Shown: positions 48,487-55,623, counted from the stretch's first letter. The stretch is 64,000 nucleotides of DNA from Candidatus Kapaibacterium sp. (GCA_044350705.1 JBILHA010000002.1:30542-94541), one strand, 5' to 3'. Translations and numbers: made by a program. Notes: generated by a model not told the origin, from the letters alone.

Positions 48487-48720
48487 CAGAGCTTCCTTTC
48501 CCGGCCTACGCCGGGGAATGAGATTCACTTCTTGTTGGGTTTTTGAAGGATGCGGGCCGAGCCCGCATTGGGCTCGGAATCCCGCTTTTGAGGCGGTTTT
48601 CCTAGGGCGAGATATCAGCGCATGCAGTGGAGGAGAATGCACGTGCGACCTCCCGCCCTAGGAAAACCTCTCTCAGCGGGACAAACCATCGTACCAAAAA
48701 AATGCAAAAAAGTCAATGTT

Positions 48721-48797
48721 GGGAGCGTGGGAGTTGGGAAAGGGAGTATGCGTGGGAACTTGGGGAGTAAGGGGAGTATGGGGAGTGGGGGGAGTGA
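48721..48797 (+). repeat. G-rich degenerate tandem repeat tract (GGGAGT(A/G)NG units)
   Basis: gggagcgtgggagttgggaaagggagtatgcgtgggaacttggggagtaaggggagtatggggagtggggggagtg; lies upstream of the beta-barrel-like gene at the edge of the high-GC patch. Confidence 0.7.
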
Positions 48798-48954
48798 AAA
48801 AAACAAAAAACACCCCGTGACTTTTCTAGACAAGCGGGGTGATTTCTTTTATTCTTTGGCAAAACTCCTCTTTCTTGGCCAGGGCGAGCGGATGTGACGT
48901 CTCCTCCTCGTTGCATCTCGTAACGCTCTGGCTGCGAAAGAGGATTTTTTGTTT

Positions 48955-48990
48955 GGGGAGTGAGGGGAGTGAGGGGAGTGAGGGGAGTAG
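48955..48990 (+). repeat. Perfect tandem repeat (GGGGAGTGA)x3 plus GGGGAGTAG; left arm of inverted repeat around the four-helix-bundle gene
   Basis: ggggagtga ggggagtga ggggagtga ggggagtag read directly; an inverted, degenerate counterpart lies at 49449-49510. Confidence 0.85.
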
Positions 48991-49046
48991 AAATACATCA
49001 TGATAAGCTCAATGAGCAGACGTGCCCGGAAAACTCCTTGAGTTAT

Positions 49047-49457
49047 ATGAATTGCGCGCAATATGAAAAAACTATCAAAGATTTAGAGAGAGAAAATGAA
49101 AGGCCTTATGAAAAACTGAGAGTATGGAAAGAAGCTGATCTTTTTACAAAGGATGTGTTTTCTTTTTCTTCCAAGTGGCCAAAACAACATCTTTATACTT
49201 TAGGAACACAAATTCAACGATCAGCGCTTTCAGTGACATTAAATATCGTAGAAGGCAATGCAAGATTTTCCCGTAAGGATTATCGTCACTTTCTTATCCA
49301 GTCTCGAGGATCACTCGCTGAGACAGGCTATCTCGTGAAGCTTGCATATCATCTCCATCTTCTCCCACAAGATCACTACATCATTCTTCTTAAACGCTAT
49401 CGCTTCCTTTCTTATCTTCTTCAGCAGCTTATCAATAGCCTTATGACTACTCCCTAA
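49047..49457 (+). CDS. Four-helix-bundle protein (23S rRNA intervening-sequence protein family, TIGR02436-like)
   Basis: LRVWKEADLFTKDVFSFSSKWPKQHLYTLGTQIQRSALSVTLNIVEGNARFSRKDYRHFLIQSRGSLAETGYLVKLAYHLHLL matches the family consensus (..vwq.a..l.........p..e.y.l.sQl.RAa.SI..NIAEG.gr.s.kdf..fl.iA.GSl.E). ATG taken at 49047; the track ORF start at 48960 only translates the GGGGAGTGA repeat (RGVRGVRGV). Confidence 0.75.
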   Translation: MNCAQYEKTIKDLERENERPYEKLRVWKEADLFTKDVFSFSSKWPKQHLYTLGTQIQRSALSVTLNIVEGNARFSRKDYRHFLIQSRGSLAETGYLVKLAYHLHLLPQDHYIILLKRYRFLSYLLQQLINSLMTTP

Positions 49458-49510
49458 CTGCTCACTACTCCCTTTACTCCCCCAACTCCCCTCACTCCCC
49501 TTCCCTACTC
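49449..49510 (-). repeat. C-rich tract = inverted degenerate copies of the GGGGAGT(G/A)A repeat (right arm)
   Basis: Reverse complement reads ggagtagggaaggggagtgaggggagttgggggagtaaagggagtagtgagcag; overlaps the 3' ends of the four-helix-bundle gene and of the convergent Wzz-like gene. Confidence 0.7.
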
Positions 49511-50140
49511 CACGTGCACAATACGGTGTTGTCGGCGAACACGATCTGCTTGAATGAGCACGTACCCTGCCCCGCCAATAAGACCGAGGAAAATTCCTGA
49601 AAAGGCGTTTACTAAAATATTCGGGCGAACGGGATAGCGCGAATTTACCGGATCATCAATGACCTGCACCGAGATGTCTCCATTTGCATAGCGCCACCCG
49701 TCTGAAACATAGACATACGCTACTGCCGATGCGAGCGCTTCTGCCTGCTCTGGATCGGTGTGGTACGCATAAATTGTCATGATCCCGCTTCCTCGGGTCA
49801 CCGAAGCGGTCACGGTTTTCTTCCATTTCTTTTGGAACTTCAAGATGTCGTCAGGAAAATAACTTCGATCTACGTTATAGCCTCCATTAAACACTGCCGT
49901 ATATAAAGAAGAGGTGCTCAGCAAGCTTGCAAGCTGATCTGCCGCGGATTCGGCGCTTCTACTTGCGGTGTACGGATCTACTCCGTCTACTTTTGGGGTG
50001 ATGAGAATTTTTGTCGTTGAGCTGTATTCGAGTGGCTGCACCAATGAGATCACCACGGCAAGCGCAAGGCTGAGTGCTGAAAAAAGTAGCACTGTTGGCC
50101 ATGCGCGCAAGATGGTGGTGAGTTGTGGGGCAGATGCCAT
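49505..50140 (-). CDS. Putative polysaccharide chain-length determinant (Wzz-like, two TM flanking a periplasmic domain)
   Basis: 211 aa; N-terminal TM then LEYSSTTKILITP (Wzz N-terminal domain-like) and a C-terminal TM (NILVNAFSGIFLGLIGGAGYVLI); sits in the polysaccharide locus. Confidence 0.45.
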   Translation of the reverse strand: MASAPQLTTILRAWPTVLLFSALSLALAVVISLVQPLEYSSTTKILITPKVDGVDPYTASRSAESAADQLASLLSTSSLYTAVFNGGYNVDRSYFPDDILKFQKKWKKTVTASVTRGSGIMTIYAYHTDPEQAEALASAVAYVYVSDGWRYANGDISVQVIDDPVNSRYPVRPNILVNAFSGIFLGLIGGAGYVLIQADRVRRQHRIVHVE

Positions 50141-50149
50141 AGACGTGAA

Positions 50150-51265
50150 TTAGTATACCAGCTCTTCCCACGTTCCCAGGGTTACGCGTATATCCTTCAC
50201 CTCTTCGTTTCGAGACACGCGCAACGTTACTTGTTGTCCCGGCGCATATGTTGCCAAAATATCCGCAATGGTCATTGTGGAGGTGATGCGAATTTCATCA
50301 ATGGCAATAATAATATCCCCATCAGTGAGCCCGGCACGATCTGCGGGGCCATCCGTGAGTACTCCGCTTCGCTCTCCCGTCGGCGCAAAGATGAGCGCAC
50401 CCTCTTGATATTCCTGGGTGACCTCGGGAGACAGCGATGAAGGAAGCGAGAGATCGACTACCGTCGCGCCCAATGCCGCATGCTCAACGGTCGATCCGCG
50501 CAAGACTTGTCGAACAAACGGACGAAGCGCCTGTGCGGGGAGTATCATCCCCTCTTCATTCACAAATCCAAACAACCGCGCTTGGTTCGTGAGCACCGGA
50601 ATCCCCGGAAGCAGCGGACGTGCGGGAGACCAGACTGCACGAGGCTCTTCTGCGGGCACGATGACCGACTCCCCTTCTACTCCCCTTCTCAAAACAGAAA
50701 CCGTATTCACTTCTGCGAGCGCTCCTATCCCAAACACTGTTCCCCCGGGAAGCACTTCATCACTTTGTGCAAGCGCAAGAGGCGTCCATCCTTGGGCGTT
50801 TTGTACGCGCACCGCAACTGCATCGGTTTGCGTATCTTCAACCACGCGATCGAGCAGAAATACTTCCCCATCGTATACCACCGAGAAGCCAGCGTATCCT
50901 TCGTCAGTCGCATATCTTGCAAGCTGTGTGCGGGTCGTTAGTATCCATCCATCCGCACTTACCACGATGCCTTCTCCATGAATGTAGTCTTCTCCCCAGA
51001 GCACCGCCCCGCCGTTCGTTTGCGATGTTTTTTCATCTACAAAATAAACGCCCGCATTTACCATCGTGTCTTGAATGACCCCAAGGGATTCTTCAAGCGA
51101 CGTTGGAGATGAGCGTTGTGAAGATGCGAATGCCGCAAAACGACGATCATCAAGCAGCGTCGCTGCATAGCGTTCAAGAGAGGTGCTTACCAGTACCGCG
51201 GAGGCCGTCCCTGCAAGTGCTGCAGCTATGAGTGCGAGAGTAAGAAGAGGAAGGTGCTTTTTCAT
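50150..51265 (-). CDS. HtrA/DegP-like protein with PDZ domain, catalytic triad apparently degenerate
   Basis: Signal peptide; trypsin-fold-like region where the expected TNAHVV and GNSGGPL motifs read TTRTQL and LLPGIPVL; clear C-terminal PDZ (GVLTDGPADRAGLTDGDIIIAIDEIRITS...). Confidence 0.55.
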   Translation of the reverse strand: MKKHLPLLTLALIAAALAGTASAVLVSTSLERYAATLLDDRRFAAFASSQRSSPTSLEESLGVIQDTMVNAGVYFVDEKTSQTNGGAVLWGEDYIHGEGIVVSADGWILTTRTQLARYATDEGYAGFSVVYDGEVFLLDRVVEDTQTDAVAVRVQNAQGWTPLALAQSDEVLPGGTVFGIGALAEVNTVSVLRRGVEGESVIVPAEEPRAVWSPARPLLPGIPVLTNQARLFGFVNEEGMILPAQALRPFVRQVLRGSTVEHAALGATVVDLSLPSSLSPEVTQEYQEGALIFAPTGERSGVLTDGPADRAGLTDGDIIIAIDEIRITSTMTIADILATYAPGQQVTLRVSRNEEVKDIRVTLGTWEELVY

Positions 51266-51268
51266 ACC

Positions 51269-52033
51269 TTAGCGCCAAGGCGTCGTAAGAAACAACAGGA
51301 GAATAAGAAATGCCGCAAAGGCACTGTGTCGCATGAGGAGTGGTCCTGTTACTTTTTGGAAAGCATGCGCGCGCATGACAATAAGATACCATGCAGCACA
51401 AATTGCAAAGACCGCAGCGTTTGTCGTGTAACCCGTTGGAAGCCACGAGCACGCGAGGTATATCTCGGCTAACAAGAGCGCCCCCATCCCCGCATACATT
51501 CTTCCCGCTTCCCAGCTCATCTTACTCACCCAGAACACTGCTACAAACACGGCAAAAATAATCAGTGCAATAAGGATTGCCATCGCCCATACGGGTGCTT
51601 CCAAAAACAGCTGTGCAAGGTACGTTGCACTCGTGATAAAGAACAGTCCTCCCACCGCAAGCATGAGCGAAAGGTATTCCAGGGAATAGGCTTGATAGGT
51701 ACTCGGCAAATGGTAGAACGAAAATAAACTTTCCGCGAAAAGCGTGAGACCGAGCGTTACCACTGCTCCAAGCACCCACTTCGTTCCGTCATTTTCAAGG
51801 AGCAAAAAGAACGCGAGCGAAGACGCGAGCAGAAACAGCGGCATGCCGAGGAACACCCAAAAACCCGTTCTTCGCACATCCCACACTAAGAGTCTCGCAA
51901 AGAGTGCGAGGATCATGCCAAAACAGATGAGCGCAGGGATGCCCAAAGAAAACGGCGCCAAGATGAGCATGATAAATCCTGCCGCACCAAGAAACGCGAT
52001 TGCAAAGGGAGTAAGACGATGAAGAAGAATCAC
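51269..52033 (-). CDS. Hypothetical polytopic membrane protein
   Basis: 254 aa, ~8 hydrophobic helices; GTG start in the track; no family recognised. Confidence 0.4.
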   Translation of the reverse strand: MILLHRLTPFAIAFLGAAGFIMLILAPFSLGIPALICFGMILALFARLLVWDVRRTGFWVFLGMPLFLLASSLAFFLLLENDGTKWVLGAVVTLGLTLFAESLFSFYHLPSTYQAYSLEYLSLMLAVGGLFFITSATYLAQLFLEAPVWAMAILIALIIFAVFVAVFWVSKMSWEAGRMYAGMGALLLAEIYLACSWLPTGYTTNAAVFAICAAWYLIVMRAHAFQKVTGPLLMRHSAFAAFLILLLFLTTPWR

Positions 52034-52407
52034 AGGCTAAGCCAAGAATATTGAGCCTCCAATGCTTGCAAACGGCGTTCACCATCCTCTTGGTCACCTG
52101 CCGCAAGCTTTCCAAATGCTCCTACGAGTCCAATGTGGACGTCCTTCATGCTTCCAGGAATACGCGTAATGTACAAGAGGGTGTCGTGCGCCGCGCCCGC
52201 ATCTTTTTCTTGCGCATATGTGGCAAGGATCGCTCGAACCGCACGTTGATATTCCTCATCTGTTTGCGCAGGTTGCGCAACATCAACCATTTCAGCAGGA
52301 ATACGCGTCGGATTTTTTTCGCGATGTGCGTAGACGACCGCGACGCTGAGCAAGAGTGCAAGCGTCACTCCACCCGCGATGACCGGAAACCAATGTCTGA
52401 CAATCAT
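52030..52407 (-). CDS. Hypothetical membrane-anchored protein
   Basis: ATG at 52407 (MIVRHWFPVIAGGVTLALLLSVAVVYA...), single TM then a soluble domain; 4-nt overlap with the downstream gene. Confidence 0.4.
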   Translation of the reverse strand: MIVRHWFPVIAGGVTLALLLSVAVVYAHREKNPTRIPAEMVDVAQPAQTDEEYQRAVRAILATYAQEKDAGAAHDTLLYITRIPGSMKDVHIGLVGAFGKLAAGDQEDGERRLQALEAQYSWLSL

Positions 52408-52431
52408 AGAGAAGGAATACAAGGGATTACG

Positions 52432-53460
52432 TTATTTGAATATTTTTATCTCTTCTGCAAACACCATGCCTGCGTTTGCAAGCGGGATGGCAAGAATTGC
52501 TCCTGGAATACCTCCGAGTGTCCAGCCTACCAGAATCGCAACCAGGCTCAATAATGGGTTCATGCCCGTTGCATGCTGCATGATCTTGGGTACCAATACC
52601 TGCCCTTCCACAGCTTGGATGAGCACATATGCTCCTGCGACCACCACTGCATGGAGCGGCGAGAGTACCAGGGCGAGCATTACTGCTGGCACTGCAGAGA
52701 GTAACGGACCAATGAATGGGATGACTTCAAGCGCCCCTGCAAGGAGGGCGAGGATGAGAGCGTACGGCACTCCAATCAATGAAAGCGCGATATAGGTCAG
52801 GAGAAAAATCGCTCCCATGAGCATGAGCTGTCCACGCAGCCATGCGCCCAGTCTATCGCGGAATTTTGCGGCAAGCTGATTGACGAACGGATGGTACTCT
52901 GCGGGCGTCATGCGAGACACGGAAAGCACGAGCGCCTGCTTCTCCGCAACAAAATAGTATGCCAAGATCAGCAGCACGACGATCGCGGTGATTACTCCGA
53001 TCGCTGAAGATCCTAACGCAAAGACTTCTGGCAGTGCGGCGGAAACTCCCGCGCCCTGGAAGGTTGCTCCCAACGACGTAATTCCCGCGAGCCAATCGTC
53101 CGGGAAAGATCCTCCCCATGCTCCTCCGGTTGCTTCAGCGAGATAGGGTGCAAATAAGGGGAGAACATTGACGAATTCATCGAGCGCCGGAGGAAGTACG
53201 ACGTAGAACAGTCCCCCAATGAACAGGAGGGCGATAGCGTATACCACCAATGCCGCAATGGTACGCGGCATGCGACGTCGCTCCAGCCTATCCGCAAACG
53301 GCTCCATGAGCACCGCCAGAAATAATGCGCCGATCACGAGAAGAATCACTTCTCGAATAGCAAACGCAAGCCATACGGCGGCACACACCAACAGCACACG
53401 GAATATCGTACCGGTCGAAATGGAAATATTCGTTACCCCCCTCTTGGAAGTATCGCGCAT
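52432..53460 (-). CDS. AI-2E family transporter (UPF0118/PerM)
   Basis: Start ATG 53460; 8 TM; conserved C-terminal block LALVLSPLHAVVVAGAYVLIQAVEGQVLVPKIMQHATGMNPLLSLVAILVGWTLGGIPGAILAIPL typical of AI-2E/YdiK-YhhT proteins. Confidence 0.8.
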   Translation of the reverse strand: MRDTSKRGVTNISISTGTIFRVLLVCAAVWLAFAIREVILLVIGALFLAVLMEPFADRLERRRMPRTIAALVVYAIALLFIGGLFYVVLPPALDEFVNVLPLFAPYLAEATGGAWGGSFPDDWLAGITSLGATFQGAGVSAALPEVFALGSSAIGVITAIVVLLILAYYFVAEKQALVLSVSRMTPAEYHPFVNQLAAKFRDRLGAWLRGQLMLMGAIFLLTYIALSLIGVPYALILALLAGALEVIPFIGPLLSAVPAVMLALVLSPLHAVVVAGAYVLIQAVEGQVLVPKIMQHATGMNPLLSLVAILVGWTLGGIPGAILAIPLANAGMVFAEEIKIFK

Positions 53461-53475
53461 ATAAGGGTAGTATAC

Positions 53476-53934
53476 ATGGCATCTGTATTTTGTATGCCCC
53501 TTGCCGTGAATCCCAAAGCGCGCCACTCCTTTGACCTCATTGAGCAATTTGAGGGCGGCTTGGTGTTAACCGGCGCTGAGGTGAAAGCAACCATGCAGGG
53601 CAATGCAAATATTAAAGGAGCATTCGTTACTTTGCGCAATGGTGAGCTCTGGCTTCGGAATGCCTACATCGGCCACTACACGCCTTCCGGCCCCCAGCCC
53701 GAAGGAGCTGAACGACGAGATAGAAAGATTCTCGTACATAAAAACGAAATCCGTACGCTCATCATGCGTCATGAAGCAGAACGCCTGACCATGATTCCTT
53801 TGGATATCCACCTCTCTGGGCGGCGCATCAAACTCTCTTTTGCTCTCGCACGCGGAAAACGCAAGCATGAAAAACGCGCGTCAATAAAAAAACGAGAGGT
53901 GGATCGAGAGATCCGCAGAGCGCTGAAGAACTAA
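53476..53934 (+). CDS. smpB: SsrA-binding protein SmpB
   Basis: NPKARHSFDLIEQFEGGLVLTGAEVKA...GELWLRNAYIGHYTP...DRKILVHKNEI...LSFALARGKRKHEKRASIKKREVDREIRR: canonical SmpB. Start could alternatively be ATG 53494. Confidence 0.9.
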   Translation: MASVFCMPLAVNPKARHSFDLIEQFEGGLVLTGAEVKATMQGNANIKGAFVTLRNGELWLRNAYIGHYTPSGPQPEGAERRDRKILVHKNEIRTLIMRHEAERLTMIPLDIHLSGRRIKLSFALARGKRKHEKRASIKKREVDREIRRALKN

Positions 53935-53936
53935 AA

Positions 53937-53964
53937 AACTTCCTACATCTGTAGGAAGTTTTTT
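53937..53964. terminator. Bidirectional hairpin terminator shared by smpB (+) and tmRNA (-)
   Basis: aaaaaacttcctaca tc tgtaggaagtttttt: 9-11-bp stem with A/T runs on both sides; abuts the tmRNA CCA end. Confidence 0.75.
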
Positions 53965-54378
53965 GGTGGACCTGACGGGAATTGAACCCGTATCCGAGGA
54001 ACGTTCGCCAAAACTCTTTCTTCCAAGCTCATTCGCGTTTAGAGGGTTTACGTCTTTTTCGGTCAAGAAACGCGACGAACAACGAAACCGACGATGACAC
54101 GGCAAGGGTCCCTTATGCAGTGCGTCATCCCTGCAAAGGCAAGCGAGAAGGGTTATGACATGACTACTTTACGCACTCGCAGCGTAAAGGTCATGGGTGG
54201 CGGCGTTATTACGCGGCGACCGGAACAAAGGAAGGCGTGCGGAGCGCAGAAGCGACGACAGCCTTCACTTTTGAAAATACGTTTGCATGTACTTTCTGAA
54301 GCGTGTGATAACGCGGGACGCTTCGCCCGCGGCTTGAGAGGGATTGGGAATGATCTTCGTCGAAAGCCTAACAGGCCC
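53964..54378 (-). ncRNA. ssrA: tmRNA (SsrA transfer-messenger RNA), ~415 nt
   Basis: 3' end on the minus strand reads GGGUUCAAUUCCCGUCAGGUCCACCA (T-arm, acceptor, CCA). The 5' end GGGCCUGUUAGGCUUUCGACGAAG pairs with it over 7 bp including a G3-U70 wobble. Conserved UUCGACG box. In-frame tag ORF from resume codon GCA: GCA AAC GUA ... GCC GCG UAA UAA gives ANVFSKVKAVVASALRTPSFVPVAA with a double stop. Convergent with smpB. Confidence 0.85.
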
Positions 54379-54473
54379 ATGAGATTTGCTGCCCAAGTTT
54401 GTCCCTGGCGGTGTCGTGGATCCTGTCTGACGGCGTCAACGTCCGGATGAAGGACGTCTCCTTGTCAGCCATC

Positions 54474-54606
54474 CACTCCTAGCCAGGAACAAACTTAGCA
54501 GCAAATCTGGTCTTGATTCTCTTCTCAATTCTTTTTCAATCTCACCGTACCGATGTGGTACGCCTCGGCCAAGCCTCGAAATCTCCTTGCAACTGAACGA
54601 ACTTAG
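54474..54606 (+). repeat. ~132-bp direct repeat, copy 1
   Basis: ctcctagccaggaacaaacttagcagcaaatctggtcttgattctcttctcaattctttttcaatctcaccgtaccgatgtggtacgcctcggccaagcctcgaaatctccttgcaactgaacgaact; near-identical to 54743-54876. Confidence 0.85.
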
Positions 54607-54742
54607 TATCAAATCCGTTCGTCACGTCACAACGGGCGGTCGACGGCGTACCGTTTAGGTACGTCTTGACGACCGTCTTTGCTCTTCCTTGAAGCTGACT
54701 AAACTTATTAGTAGCAACTTACTCATTCGCCTATCTTCCTCT

Positions 54743-54876
54743 CACTCCTCGCCAGGAACAAACTTAGCAGCAAATCTGGTCTTGATTCTCTTCTCGATTC
54801 TTTTTTTTAATCTCACCGTATCGATGTGGTACACCTCGGCCAAGCCTCGAAATCTCCTTGCAACTGAACGAACTGA
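54743..54876 (+). repeat. ~132-bp direct repeat, copy 2
   Basis: ctcctcgccaggaacaaacttagcagcaaatctggtcttgattctcttctcgattcttttttttaatctcaccgtatcgatgtggtacacctcggccaagcctcgaaatctccttgcaactgaacgaact; differs from copy 1 at a handful of positions. Confidence 0.85.
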
Positions 54877-54979
54877 GGAGCAGATCTCTTTCTTGCTTTT
54901 TCATCTTATGATCTTCAAAGATTCTATCAGATCTCTTCTTTAAGATAAAGAAAGACGCCTTCTTTCTTCAGAAAATATC

Positions 54980-55009
54980 TTGCAAAAAGCGCTTCTCATC
55001 TGGTACGAT
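54980..55009 (+). promoter_or_regulatory. Candidate sigma-70 promoter for the infC-rpmI-rplT operon
   Basis: TTGCAA (54980-85), 18-nt spacer, TACGAT (55004-09), with TGG immediately upstream of the -10 element; ~35-55 nt upstream of infC. Confidence 0.35.
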
Positions 55010-55041
55010 AGAATCAATAAACCTCAAGGAAGCTTTTTATT

Positions 55042-55623
55042 TTGCTTCTTTTTAACCCCACGACAATGCGCATCCACAAACATCGCCGGTTCCAAACGCC
55101 TAAATTTGCTCCTCAAGTCTATAAAGCAAATCAGGCAATTACCGCAGAAGAAGTTCGCGTTATTGATGAAGAAGGCAATGCTTTGGGCGTTATGCCGACC
55201 AGCAAAGCCGTCGCTCTTGCCGCGGAACGCGAGCTTGATCTTATCGAAGTTTCTCCAAAAGCTGAGCCTCCTGTTTGTAAGATCGGGGACTACGGTCAGT
55301 TCAAGTACCAAAAGGAAAAAGAAGCTCGTAAGCAGCGTGCCCAGTCCAAAGAGGTCGAAATTAAAGGTATTCGTCTTGGATTGCGTATCGGCGAAGGCGA
55401 CCTGAACATTCGCGTACAGCAGGGCGTTAAATTCTTTGAACAGGGAGATAAAATCAAAGTAGAAATGATTCTCCGAGGCCGTGAACGTGCGTATCAGGTC
55501 CAGGCCCAGGCCGTTTTTGATACCTATGTCGAGAAACTCAAGGTGCACTATCCGGTAAAAATCGAGTCTCCCGTGAAGGCACAGGGGGGAAAATTGCACA
55601 TGATCCTTGCACGTCAGACCTAA
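55042..55623 (+). CDS. infC: Translation initiation factor IF-3
   Basis: IRVIDEEGNALGVMPTSKAVALAAERELDLIEVSPKAEPPVCKIGDYGQFKYQKEK...: canonical IF3. The track start is TTG at 55042, with AAGGAAG 10 nt upstream; IF3 genes typically use non-ATG starts. ATG at 55066 is the alternative. Confidence 0.9.
   Translation: MLLFNPTTMRIHKHRRFQTPKFAPQVYKANQAITAEEVRVIDEEGNALGVMPTSKAVALAAERELDLIEVSPKAEPPVCKIGDYGQFKYQKEKEARKQRAQSKEVEIKGIRLGLRIGEGDLNIRVQQGVKFFEQGDKIKVEMILRGRERAYQVQAQAVFDTYVEKLKVHYPVKIESPVKAQGGKLHMILARQT

Noticed and set aside
46022-48546. Long plus-strand ORFs 46022-47056 and 47350-48546, and minus ORF 47687-48412
   Set aside because: They run antisense or out of frame to the lipoprotein and beta-barrel-like genes in high-GC DNA; translations are Gly/Ala/Arg/Pro low-complexity.
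48622-48897. ORF 48622-48897 translating GSVGVGKGSMRGN...
   Set aside because: It reads straight through the G-rich tandem-repeat tract; the apparent protein is just the repeat translated.
54094-54450. ORFs 54094-54450 (+) and 54153-54380 (-)
   Set aside because: They overlap the tmRNA gene, which is supported by tRNA-like ends, the UUCGACG box and an in-frame tag with a double stop.
54474-54876. Possible CRISPR array downstream of tmRNA
   Set aside because: Only two repeat copies; the repeats are ~132 bp, far longer than CRISPR repeats; the spacer is structured; no cas genes are nearby.
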